A stretch of DNA of 54,835 bases from an uncultured Methanosarcinales archaeon (GTDB lineage: Archaea; Nanobdellota; Nanobdellia; Woesearchaeales; CAZPJY01): positions 1-54,835 of the forward strand of contig CAZPJY010000007.1 of assembly GCA_964587045.1 (NCBI GenBank). Direction: 5' to 3'. The notes beneath the pieces are model-generated. The model worked only from the letters and a program-made list of their open reading frames with translations. It had not been told where the DNA came from and made no database searches. Position numbers and translations under genes: made by a program. Positions 35,646 to 44,372 of the stretch are shown piece by piece (position 1 is the first letter of the stretch; each line of letters opens with the position of its first letter).

Positions 35646-36212
35646 ATGAACATGGAAAAAAGAAGCAAGGAAGAATACGCAGTAGTCCTTGATTTCTTGC
35701 CGAACGGCTACCCGTTCGACAACCGCCCCCAGCACAGGAAGACACCCATAGCTCAAGCAGTTGGAAAGAACCATTTCGCCCTGCTCGAGCTGGTGCCCAA
35801 GAAGGACATCTTCCTGCAGCCTTACGAGGAGGTCTACATCGGCGACGGCAAGAGGGACAAGATACACCACATCGCCGGCAAGCTCGCCCTGGACAAGCTG
35901 ACTGGCACTGCCAAGACGGAGCTAGAATTCGTGGTCAAGGATGTTGTAAAGAAGAACGAGAAGAGCTTTGTCGACTTCTTCAACAAGGCCCAGCCCCTGA
36001 CGCTCAGGATGCATCAGATAGAGCTGCTTCCGGGCGTAGGCAAGAAGCACATGCTGGAGATCCTGGAGGAGAGGAGGGAGAAGCCTTTCGAGTCCTTCAA
36101 CGACATCAAGAAGCGCGTCAAGCTGATGCCAGACCCTGAGAAAGTTATAGTCAGACGCATCATACAGGAGGTCCGGGGGCAGGAGAAACACCGCCTTTTC
36201 GCTGACCATTGA
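35646..36212 (+). CDS. DUF655 putative RNA-binding protein
   Basis: VLDFLPNG, AQAVG..F.LLEL, FFNKAQP, RMHQIELLPGVGKK. Confidence 0.93.
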   Translation: MNMEKRSKEEYAVVLDFLPNGYPFDNRPQHRKTPIAQAVGKNHFALLELVPKKDIFLQPYEEVYIGDGKRDKIHHIAGKLALDKLTGTAKTELEFVVKDVVKKNEKSFVDFFNKAQPLTLRMHQIELLPGVGKKHMLEILEERREKPFESFNDIKKRVKLMPDPEKVIVRRIIQEVRGQEKHRLFADH

Positions 36213-36356
36213 AGGTATTTCTACACACTAATCCATATTAATATTGGACATTAAATTTAAAGCAACTGGATACCACTATTTGGTAAAAAATCGGGTTTTC
36301 GGAAAGGTTATATTTCTCAAAATCCCAGGAATCATTGGTAATTGGGGGTAAGTGCA

Positions 36357-36494
36357 ATGTTGCCTGAACTGGGCACAAAACCTGATATTATGTGGTATAG
36401 AAAGGAGTACTATCTCAAGAAGAGCAAGGCCAGAGTTGAAGTGATAACAGAGATTGTGAAGAACAACTTTGGCGTCAGCAACGAGAACAATTGA
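36357..36494 (+). CDS. Putative 45-aa protein
   Basis: MLPELGTKPDIMWYRKEYYLKKSKARVEVITEIVKNNFGVSNENN after GGGGG and an upstream TTATATTT box. Confidence 0.4.
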   Translation: MLPELGTKPDIMWYRKEYYLKKSKARVEVITEIVKNNFGVSNENN

Positions 36495-36536
36495 TAACGC
36501 TATTTCTTTGAGAACTGGCAAGATAAAAGAATAAAA

Positions 36537-37331
36537 TTATTTGGCTTCTTTCCAGTTGAGGTCGAACATGCTCTGAAGCGCGCCTGCGAAGAACTCGGTG
36601 CTCGCCCAGATTCCGGTGTCGTAACCCGGCTCGACATCCTTGTCGTCCAATAGCATGAAAGCGATCTCCTTACCGTCTACGACGCAGAACCTTGCGGTGA
36701 TGTTGTCGATGTGCCTGACTTCCGCGACCTTCGAGAGCTTGTCCACGAAGTCCTGGTTCTTCTTGGTGATCGGGGCGAGTATGCGCACATTGACGCCGCG
36801 CTTGCTTGCCTTGTCTAGAGACCTCTTGAGGACCTGTGCCTTCCTGGGAAGCCCTTCCTCGGTTGTCATTATCACGACCGATTTCTCGGCGCTGCCAACC
36901 ATCATCGCGAGCTGGTTGTTGATGCTGCTCCTTCCTTTGAGTGAGCCTGTGAAGTCTGTCGGATCGACCAGCTTGACGCCTTGGGTGTGCAGGAGTGAGA
37001 GTTCGGCCAGGATCTCGTTTTCCTTCAGCTCGTCGATAATCTTGGTCTGGACATCCGCCTCGTGGGCAATGCGCTTCTTGACGCGCTCAATTACCTCCTT
37101 GGGCGGCACCGCGACGTACTTTATCGGCTTGCCAATCTTCATAATGATGAATCCTTTCTTCTCGAGGCTCTCGAGCACGTCATAGCTCCTAGAGCGCGGA
37201 ACGTTCGATATGTCAGAAAGCTCGCCTGCTGTGGAAACACCTCTGGATAGGAGAGCGGTCCAGATCTTGGCCTCATAGGAGTTGAGCCCGAAATCCTTCA
37301 GCTTGTTTAAAAATTTCTCGTCCATTATCAT
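36537..37331 (-). CDS. TrmB-family regulator/chromatin protein (TrmBL2-like)
   Basis: FGLNSYEAKIWTALL, SNVPRSRSYDVLESLEKKGF, GKPIKY, RFCVVDGKE; SD GGAGG before 37331. Confidence 0.92.
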   Translation of the reverse strand: MIMDEKFLNKLKDFGLNSYEAKIWTALLSRGVSTAGELSDISNVPRSRSYDVLESLEKKGFIIMKIGKPIKYVAVPPKEVIERVKKRIAHEADVQTKIIDELKENEILAELSLLHTQGVKLVDPTDFTGSLKGRSSINNQLAMMVGSAEKSVVIMTTEEGLPRKAQVLKRSLDKASKRGVNVRILAPITKKNQDFVDKLSKVAEVRHIDNITARFCVVDGKEIAFMLLDDKDVEPGYDTGIWASTEFFAGALQSMFDLNWKEAK

Positions 37332-37524
37332 GCTTTTTCCTCCGGTCACCTCAATGTTCCCGTCAGGGACGCACGCGATAGCTTCGCGTACGTAAATTTA
37401 CCACTACGAAATAACAACTTATATTTAAACCTTATCACTAAGATACCACTACAAGGTAACAATAAATTTTTTTATAGAGAGGCCCCTTAAAAAAAACTAG
37501 GTTCAGAAAAAAGGTGGTGCTACC

Positions 37525-37854
37525 ATGATTACAGTCACACAGATTGTGTTCTTAGGCCTGGTTTTCCTGTTCTCAGGCTTCGTCGCCTACCTCAACTACA
37601 GGGTTGAGCTAGACCTGATCAAGCAGGGCAGGTACAAGAAATACTACGGGAGAGGCAGCGACATCAAGTTCGGCCTGATGCTTATCGCTATAGGTTCGGC
37701 CACCGGCGTGAGCCTCGCAGTAACTGGCCAGATCAACACCAGCGCAAACCTGGGGTTCTTCATCCCAGCATTCGCAGGAATAACCCTTGTCATCACAGCG
37801 TTTATCGACGACGACAAGGGATTGGGCATGAACCTGTTTGAAAAGAAAAAATAG
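37525..37854 (+). CDS. Small 3-TM membrane protein (DUF6249-like)
   Basis: TM-ELDLIKQG-...-IKFGLMLIAIG-TM pattern. Confidence 0.6.
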   Translation: MITVTQIVFLGLVFLFSGFVAYLNYRVELDLIKQGRYKKYYGRGSDIKFGLMLIAIGSATGVSLAVTGQINTSANLGFFIPAFAGITLVITAFIDDDKGLGMNLFEKKK

Positions 37855-37855
37855 T

Positions 37856-38401
37856 TTAGCGCGCTTTCTCAGCGCCTTTACCCTTATTTCTAAGACCCCT
37901 AGATTTCCTGCCAGCAGAGGTGAGGCCGCGGAACACCCTCTTGGAGTGCTTGGGATTCGAGACCCACATCAGATTCTTGTCCTTAAGGATGGCTGGGTGG
38001 TACTTGTCCACCAGTATTATCTCATACCAGTGGTGCTTGCCGTCTGAAGCCACCCAGTATGAGTTCAGGACCTCACAGTTGACGAATTTCTTGTTGGCCC
38101 GCTCCTCTGCAATCTGCCTGTAGCTCTTGTCGACTATCTTCTTTCGTCTCGCATGCTTAGACCTCCTCCCCCCTACTGGTCGGGGTCGCATGCGGTTGCT
38201 TTTGGGAACCCTCTGCCGTACGAGAATTATGCCCTGTTTGGCCTTGTATCCCAAGGATCTTGCCCTGTCAATCCTTGTCGGCCGCTTAATCCGCAGCGTT
38301 GCGGGATCCTTCCTCCACTGAATCAGACGCTGCCTCACGAGCGTCCCTAGTGTGGATTTAGGCCTTTTCCAGGCCTCTTTCACATATTTTAGATAACCCA
38401 T
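37856..38401 (-). CDS. rpl15e: 50S ribosomal protein eL15
   Basis: MGYLKY, RPTRIDRARSLGYKAKQG, EVLNSYWV, RVFRGLTSAG; start 38401 after GGTGA. Confidence 0.96.
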   Translation of the reverse strand: MGYLKYVKEAWKRPKSTLGTLVRQRLIQWRKDPATLRIKRPTRIDRARSLGYKAKQGIILVRQRVPKSNRMRPRPVGGRRSKHARRKKIVDKSYRQIAEERANKKFVNCEVLNSYWVASDGKHHWYEIILVDKYHPAILKDKNLMWVSNPKHSKRVFRGLTSAGRKSRGLRNKGKGAEKAR

Positions 38402-38404
38402 ACA

Positions 38405-38461
38405 TATCACCTTAAGATTCGGGCAGCCTCCCTGGGGAGCACTTGTCCCACATTTCTTAAT
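38405..38461 (-). ncRNA. Putative eL15 ribosomal-protein leader hairpin
   Basis: TTAAGA/TCTTAA closing stem, GGG-A-CA/TG-CCC, CTCC/GGAG apical stem, directly before the SD. Confidence 0.5.
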
Positions 38462-38564
38462 GATGGGGAGAAACCACAATCCATTTATAAAGATTTGCCA
38501 ATGATTAGGAAGGTTTAAATAGACGAGAGTCCCAAAAATAGGTATAGGGCAGTATGTGGGGACC

Positions 38565-38882
38565 ATGACTAACGAAGATCCCATCCAACTCGGCGGCAAC
38601 ATTGAGCTCTCAGGTTTCTCAGAAATGGATTCAGCCACGATGATCATAATCAAGAAGATCATCGGCAACTACGCAAAGAAGCTCTCTGAGTCCATCAAGA
38701 ACTTTGAGAAGATCACTTTAGCGGTCAAGGCCGTGCACAAGAACGAGAAGACCCAGAAGTTCGAGCTTCACGTCCACCTATTCGCCAACAAGAAGGACCA
38801 CATGACGGAAATAACGGATAAGAACATATTCTTCGCCCTGGACAAGGCATTGAAAAAGATAGAAGCAATGGTAATAAAATAA
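38565..38882 (+). CDS. Stand-alone HPF/RaiA-like protein
   Basis: About 105 aa with a beta-alpha-beta-beta-beta-alpha pattern ending NIFFALDKALKKIE. Confidence 0.55.
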   Translation: MTNEDPIQLGGNIELSGFSEMDSATMIIIKKIIGNYAKKLSESIKNFEKITLAVKAVHKNEKTQKFELHVHLFANKKDHMTEITDKNIFFALDKALKKIEAMVIK

Positions 38883-39455
38883 TTATTTCTTCGCTTTTTT
38901 GGGCGCAGCGGCCTTCTTAGCCTTCGGTTGCTTCTTAGGGATCACTTCCTTCTTGGGAACCTTTTCCTTCTTAGGAGCTTCCACCTTCTTGGGAACCTCT
39001 TCAGGCTTGCTTTCCTTCTTAGGAGCTTCCACCTTCTTAGAGGCTTCCTCCTCCTTCGGAGTTTCCTCCTTCCTAGGAGCTTCCACCTTCTTGGGAACAT
39101 CTTCAGGCTTGCTTTCCTTCTTTGTAGGCTCGGTCTTGGGCTTCTCCTGATCCTTCTTTCCCTTCTTCTTGCCCTTCTCCTCGACCTTCTCTACTGGAGC
39201 GCCGACAAGCTCTGCGAAGACTGACCCGTCGTCCTCCTTGACCACGCTTACCTCCACCTTGGTGGGCGGGTTCTTGATTCCGTGCTCCCACAGCTTGAGG
39301 TTGAGGTACTTGCCAATCTTAACGTTATCGGAACTCATGTGACGCTGTAGGAATTCCCTAACAGCCCGGACAGCCTTCTTGGCCCTCTTGTACCTGGGTG
39401 CCTTGAGAATTTCCTTCCGGAGCGGGATGATGTAGGTGCGTTCTATTCTTGCCAT
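38883..39455 (-). CDS. rpl31e: 50S ribosomal protein eL31 with K/E/P-rich repetitive tail
   Basis: ERTYIIPLR, RYKRAKKAV, LNLKLWEHGIKNPP. Confidence 0.95.
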   Translation of the reverse strand: MARIERTYIIPLRKEILKAPRYKRAKKAVRAVREFLQRHMSSDNVKIGKYLNLKLWEHGIKNPPTKVEVSVVKEDDGSVFAELVGAPVEKVEEKGKKKGKKDQEKPKTEPTKKESKPEDVPKKVEAPRKEETPKEEEASKKVEAPKKESKPEEVPKKVEAPKKEKVPKKEVIPKKQPKAKKAAAPKKAKK

Positions 39456-39465
39456 GTTTTGTCAC

Positions 39466-39639
39466 CTAAGCCTTGGTCTTTACACGCCGCCAGCTCCGCT
39501 TCACGGTGGTGTGCCTTCCTGGATGAATCCGTCTTCCGAGGCCGTAAATCTTCGGTACTGTCCAGAAGGGCGCCCATCTGGTCCTTCTGCCCAGCTTTGC
39601 CAGGCGTTTCTTTCTGCTGAGATGAATGTGACTTGCCAT
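39466..39639 (-). CDS. rpl39e: 50S ribosomal protein eL39 (57 aa; missing from the ORF track)
   Basis: MASHIHLSRKKRLAKLGRRTRWAPFWTVPKIYGLGRRIHPGRHTTVKRSWRRVKTKA; conserved position before rpl31e. Confidence 0.9.
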   Translation of the reverse strand: MASHIHLSRKKRLAKLGRRTRWAPFWTVPKIYGLGRRIHPGRHTTVKRSWRRVKTKA

Positions 39640-39643
39640 TTTT

Positions 39644-39952
39644 TTATTTCCTCTTGATCGCGAAATCTCGCTTCTTCGGAGTGAGCTGCATTAGGATCCT
39701 CTTGAGGGTGTCGTCGTCGATGATGGTTGCCTTGCCGCTCTGCACCATCTGGGCCAGAACCACCAATACCTGTATCGCCTTATCCGGGTGTGCGGCCTTG
39801 AGGTTCCCATACCTCTCCTGGGCTTCCTTGGTGAGAAGCTGCTTCACCGAAGCCTCGAGCTGCTGGACCTGCTGCTGCAGCTTCAACTGCTCCTGGGCCT
39901 CGGCCTGCATCTCCGCCATCCTCTGCATCCTGATGTCATCAATCTCACTCAT
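39644..39952 (-). CDS. PDCD5-like dsDNA-binding protein
   Basis: IRMQRMAEMQ, LLTKEAQERYGNLK, IDDDTLKRIL, KRDFAIKRK. Confidence 0.93.
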   Translation of the reverse strand: MSEIDDIRMQRMAEMQAEAQEQLKLQQQVQQLEASVKQLLTKEAQERYGNLKAAHPDKAIQVLVVLAQMVQSGKATIIDDDTLKRILMQLTPKKRDFAIKRK

Positions 39953-40436
39953 CAGCCTTCTCCTCCTTCTTGGCTTTTGGTTTTTCAGCCTTCTTGGGAG
40001 CGGCCTTCTTCTTGGCCGGAGCCAGAGCTTTGGCCACCTGGTCGATGAGCGCGTGGCCCTTGCCGGTCACGACCCTTCCCTTGTGGACCTCCTTTTCGGC
40101 CTTCTCGACGAGACCTGCGGACTCCAGCTGCTGGAGGATCTTTCTGATGATGCTTCCTGATCCCTTGTAGGTGTGCTCTGTCTTGTGGCCGCGGTTCTTC
40201 TTGCCGCCGTACTTGCTGCGAAGCTTCGAAGTGCCTATCGGGCCAAGCATGAAGACAGACCTCAAGATGGCTGCAGCCCTGACGTACCACCAGTCCGCCC
40301 TTACAGGCGGCCTCTCCTTGTGGACTCCGGTCTTGACGAACTGTGCCCACTCAGGCGGGGTCATCTCAGGCAGCTTCTTGAGCTCCTCTCCGAGCTTTTC
40401 GATGAAATCGTTTACTGGAACTTCGTACATGCTCAT
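39945..40436 (-). CDS. rps19e: 30S ribosomal protein eS19
   Basis: PPEWAQFVKTGVHKERPP, WWYVRAAAILR, YGGKKNRG, GSGSIIRKILQQLE; start 40436 after GGAGGG. Confidence 0.96.
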   Translation of the reverse strand: MSMYEVPVNDFIEKLGEELKKLPEMTPPEWAQFVKTGVHKERPPVRADWWYVRAAAILRSVFMLGPIGTSKLRSKYGGKKNRGHKTEHTYKGSGSIIRKILQQLESAGLVEKAEKEVHKGRVVTGKGHALIDQVAKALAPAKKKAAPKKAEKPKAKKEEKADE

Positions 40437-40523
40437 TTGGTTATCCCTCCTATCAGGGGAGGCTAGAACCTCATAATACAAAACCCTATCCGTCGCTGAG
40501 GAATGAGAATGAGTTTATAAAGG

Positions 40524-41303
40524 TTATGGTGGGCGTTCGCGAGGCTCTAGAATTACAACCTTCTTGAGGTTGTTTTTGATACCTTCGAAGTGGGCGATGC
40601 CTGCGCCTGCGCAGAGAGTCTCATACTTGTTTTCCCTGAAAATCTTAACTATCTCATTCGCCATTGTACTGTCCCTGCTCGCAATCATGGCTTGATGATC
40701 CGATTCATCCTCCTCCGTCATGAGATTCTGCCTTGAGAACTCTTTTCCAACGTAGTACAACGATGGCGAAAACGGAGCTAAAGCCCAGATGCCTGCGACA
40801 AGCTTGATTCTTTGCCCTATAGTGAAATCCTTGTAACGGCTTACGTCGAGGGGGTGAACATAATATCCCTTCTCTTCTGCTATGCCTGATAGGTTAAGGA
40901 AATTTCGATCGGATCCCAAATTGAAGTAAAGGAGCGATACGAAGGCAGGAGGCATCATTATTGCTTCTTGAATTATCTGGTCAAGAGACTTACTCTCATA
41001 GTAATCGCTACCAGCTTCGAACGCGAAGTTCTCATGGTAATCAACCATTCCTCTGGCCCAGGCCTCCTCTTGCTTGCTGTAGCAGTGAACCTCGCCGTAA
41101 AGCGTGAGGTGAGCATGTTGCCCTGTCTGTGGATCGTAATAGCCGAACTCCTCTACCTTGAGGAAATTGGCCTGAGTTAATGAGGGGTCCTCATCCCGGG
41201 TGATGTAATCATACCCAATGTGGAGGTTTGTCAGGATGAATGCTCCGATGTAGAGCCTCTTGGCCCACTTCCATGCAGAACCGAGCTTATCTTTGATGCC
41301 CAT
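40524..41303 (-). CDS. TraB/GumN-like membrane-anchored protein
   Basis: N-terminal TM; LYGEVH, FAFE, RDSTMA, GAGIAHFEGI. Confidence 0.65.
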   Translation of the reverse strand: MGIKDKLGSAWKWAKRLYIGAFILTNLHIGYDYITRDEDPSLTQANFLKVEEFGYYDPQTGQHAHLTLYGEVHCYSKQEEAWARGMVDYHENFAFEAGSDYYESKSLDQIIQEAIMMPPAFVSLLYFNLGSDRNFLNLSGIAEEKGYYVHPLDVSRYKDFTIGQRIKLVAGIWALAPFSPSLYYVGKEFSRQNLMTEEDESDHQAMIASRDSTMANEIVKIFRENKYETLCAGAGIAHFEGIKNNLKKVVILEPRERPP

Positions 41304-41419
41304 TTTGCGAAGTGTATCACTGATATATATAAATTTAATTACCAATAAATAGTGAAATTATTTTCCATTGAGTCGCTGTTGGAAAAGCCTTAAATATTCC
41401 TGGTTGGTGCTCCCAGCTC

Positions 41420-41698
41420 ATGCCAAGCTATGAGAGCCTAGCGAAAAGACTGTTGGACGGAAAGACCGTGACGCTCGACTACCAAAAGAACAATTATGGG
41501 ACCGATAACAGGCCCGACATCCTGATAGCGAGGGTGTCTGCTGTCTTTGAGGAAAAAGATATGGTCGTGTACCTCAGCATGGAGAATGTTGAGGAAATCA
41601 TGGACACCTATGAGATATACAGGATGCCCAAAATAGATAACCTTGACCAGCTGAAGTCCCTGCTGCCAGTGATCAAGAGTCAGGCCCACCCGCTCTAG
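41420..41698 (+). CDS. Hypothetical protein
   Basis: 92 aa; CTTAAATA box about 25-30 nt upstream. Confidence 0.6.
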   Translation: MPSYESLAKRLLDGKTVTLDYQKNNYGTDNRPDILIARVSAVFEEKDMVVYLSMENVEEIMDTYEIYRMPKIDNLDQLKSLLPVIKSQAHPL

Positions 41699-41740
41699 TC
41701 CCACATCTTTTTTATAGCCCAAGCGCGTTCCCAATGCTTT

Positions 41741-44341
41741 ATGATAATCAGGAAGGAAAAGCCCGACCAGCCCTCCAAGCTTAGGGGGCTGCTGCAGCCC
41801 TACGTGCGTGAATGGTTCTTCTCCACCTTCAAGGAGTTCTCGCTGCCGCAGCTGTTCGGAGTGATGGAGATACACTCCAGGAAGAACGTCCTAGTGTCCG
41901 CGCCGACAGGCTCGACCAAGACGCTGACAGGATTCCTCTCGATAATAAACGAACTGGCAGACAATGCGGAGAAGGGACTGCTCGAGGACAGGGTCTACTG
42001 CGTCTACGTCTCGCCCCTCAAGGCCCTCAACTACGACATAGAGGTCAACCTCAAGGGGCCGCTCGAGGGCATCGAGAAGCTGGCGAAAAAGAAGCTGGGC
42101 ATACGAGTCGGGGTGCGCACAGGCGACACCACACCTTCGGAGAAGGCCAGGATGCTGAAAAAACCCCCGCACATCCTCATCACCACTCCCGAAAGCCTCG
42201 CAATCATCCTCAACTCCCCCAAGTTCTCAACAATGCTGACCAGAGTCGACTGGTGCATCGTCGACGAGATACACGCCCTCGCAGAGAACAAGCGCGGGGT
42301 CCACCTGTCAGTCACTCTCGAGAGGCTTCAGGCTATTTCAGGCCACATGAGCCGCGTCGGGCTTTCCGCCACAGTCGCGCCCCTGGACGAAGTCGCAAGG
42401 TTCCTCTCTGGCAACGAGGACGGCAAGGAGAGGGACTGCACCGTAATCGACGTGCAGTTCATCAAGAAGATGGACCTCAAAGTGCTGAGCCCTGCGCCTG
42501 ACCTGATCAACATCACGCATGAGGAGATGGAGAAGCGGACCTATGACCTCATGCACAGACTGGTCCAGGACCACAAGACCACGCTCGTCTTCACCAACAC
42601 CCGCGCGGGGACGGAGCGCGTCGTCGACAACCTTAAGGAGAGGTATCCCCGCAACTACAGCGAGGCGAACGTCGGAGCGCATCACGGCTCCCTTTCCAAG
42701 CAGCTGCGACGGACCATAGAGGGCAGGCTCAGGAGCGGGGACCTAAAGGTCGTCGTGTCCAGCACGTCGCTCGAGCTGGGCATCGATATAGGCTACATCG
42801 ACCTGGTCATCCTGCTCGGAAGCCCCAAGAGCGTGTCTCGCGCGCTGCAGCGCGTGGGAAGGAGCGGCCACAGGCTGCACGAGACCACAAAGGGGAGGAT
42901 CATAGTCACAGACCGAGACGACCTGGTCGAGTGCTCGGTCCTGCTCAAGAGCGCGGTCGAGAGGAAGATGGACCGCATCCACATACCGAGGAACGCGCTC
43001 GACGTCCTCGTGCAGCACATCTACGGCATCGCAATCAACACGAGGATCCACCACAAGGACGTCTTCAATCTGTTGAGGAGGAGCTACTGCTACAGCGACC
43101 TGCCATATCACGACTTCCTCAAGCTGCTGTCATACATGGCCGGAGAGTACGCGAGCCTGGAATCAAGGAGGGTCTACGCCAAGATCTGGTTCGACCAGGA
43201 CACCGGCATGATCGGGAGGAGGGGCAGGATGGCCCGCGTGCTCTACATGACCAACATAGGCACCATCCCCGACGAGGCGCATGTTACGGTGAAGATAGGA
43301 TCCGATGTTATAGGCGAGATAGATGAGGGCTTCCTCATGCGGCTTTCCAAGGGTGACATCTTCGTGCTCGGAGGGCAGACCTACGAGTTCCGGTACGCCC
43401 GCGGCATGACCGCGCAGGTCAAGGCATCGGTGGGCAGGCCACCAACAGTGCCTTCATGGTTCTCAGAGATGCTCCCGCTCAGCTTCGACCTGGCCAGCGA
43501 GATAGGCGACTTCAGGTACCGCATGATGACCCGTCTCGAGGCTGGAAGGGACAGCATGACAGATTTCCTGCTGGGCCACCTCTACGTTGACCGGACCGGC
43601 GCTGAGGCCATCTGTAACTACTTCTCAGAGCAGCACAGCTTCCTCGAGATACCCAGCTCGAAAAACATCCTCATCGAGGAGTATCTGGGAGACCGGCGCA
43701 GGCTGGTGGTATTCCACACCCTTTACGGAAGGAGGGTCAACGACTGCCTCTCCAGGGCGTTTGCGTATGCCGCTTCCCGCATCCACCACTTCGATATCGA
43801 GATAGGCATAACCGACAACGGCTTCTACCTCGGCAGCGACAAGGCTATCAACATAGAGAAGACGCTTGAGATCGTGAAGGCCAGCGACCTTGAAGAGCTG
43901 CTTAGGCTAGCCATCGAGAAGACCGAGGTGCTGCTGCGCCGCTTCAGGCACTGCGCGACAAGGTCGCTGATGATACTCAGGAGCTACATGGGACGCACCA
44001 AGAGGGTCGGGAGGCAGCAGCAGAGCGCGCTCCTACTGCTCAACGCGGTCAAGCAGATCGACCCAGACTTCATCATACTGAAGGAGGCGAGGCGGGAGGT
44101 GTTGGAGGACCTAATGGATGTCGAGAACGCCAACAAGGTGCTTGACGGCATAAGGAGCCAGGCGGTGGGAATCAAGAAGGTGCAGACGCAGATCCCGAGC
44201 CCGTTCGCGTTCAACATAGTGATCCAGGGCTACGCTGACATCCTCCGGATTGAGGACAAGGTGGCTTTCCTGCGGAGGATGCACCAAAACGTGCTTGCCA
44301 AGATATCGCTTGACAAGGGCAAACATCAAAAAGGTTTATAA
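41741..44341 (+). CDS. lhr: Lhr-family SF2 ATP-dependent helicase
   Basis: APTGSTKT, SPLKAL, RTGDT, ITTPESL, DEIH, GLSAT, HHGSLS, SLELGIDIG, QRVGRSGH. Confidence 0.95.
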   Translation: MIIRKEKPDQPSKLRGLLQPYVREWFFSTFKEFSLPQLFGVMEIHSRKNVLVSAPTGSTKTLTGFLSIINELADNAEKGLLEDRVYCVYVSPLKALNYDIEVNLKGPLEGIEKLAKKKLGIRVGVRTGDTTPSEKARMLKKPPHILITTPESLAIILNSPKFSTMLTRVDWCIVDEIHALAENKRGVHLSVTLERLQAISGHMSRVGLSATVAPLDEVARFLSGNEDGKERDCTVIDVQFIKKMDLKVLSPAPDLINITHEEMEKRTYDLMHRLVQDHKTTLVFTNTRAGTERVVDNLKERYPRNYSEANVGAHHGSLSKQLRRTIEGRLRSGDLKVVVSSTSLELGIDIGYIDLVILLGSPKSVSRALQRVGRSGHRLHETTKGRIIVTDRDDLVECSVLLKSAVERKMDRIHIPRNALDVLVQHIYGIAINTRIHHKDVFNLLRRSYCYSDLPYHDFLKLLSYMAGEYASLESRRVYAKIWFDQDTGMIGRRGRMARVLYMTNIGTIPDEAHVTVKIGSDVIGEIDEGFLMRLSKGDIFVLGGQTYEFRYARGMTAQVKASVGRPPTVPSWFSEMLPLSFDLASEIGDFRYRMMTRLEAGRDSMTDFLLGHLYVDRTGAEAICNYFSEQHSFLEIPSSKNILIEEYLGDRRRLVVFHTLYGRRVNDCLSRAFAYAASRIHHFDIEIGITDNGFYLGSDKAINIEKTLEIVKASDLEELLRLAIEKTEVLLRRFRHCATRSLMILRSYMGRTKRVGRQQQSALLLLNAVKQIDPDFIILKEARREVLEDLMDVENANKVLDGIRSQAVGIKKVQTQIPSPFAFNIVIQGYADILRIEDKVAFLRRMHQNVLAKISLDKGKHQKGL

Positions 44342-44372
44342 ATAATAAAACCTGCTTCATCTCCGGTGGAAA

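Noticed and set aside
38402..38668. Long N-terminal extension of eL15
   Set aside because: Overlaps the divergent gene; SD and homology put the start at 38401.
41741..44341. Inteins in Lhr or TFB; introns in the tRNAs
   Set aside because: Lengths are normal, no intein terminal motifs seen, anticodon loops are uninterrupted.
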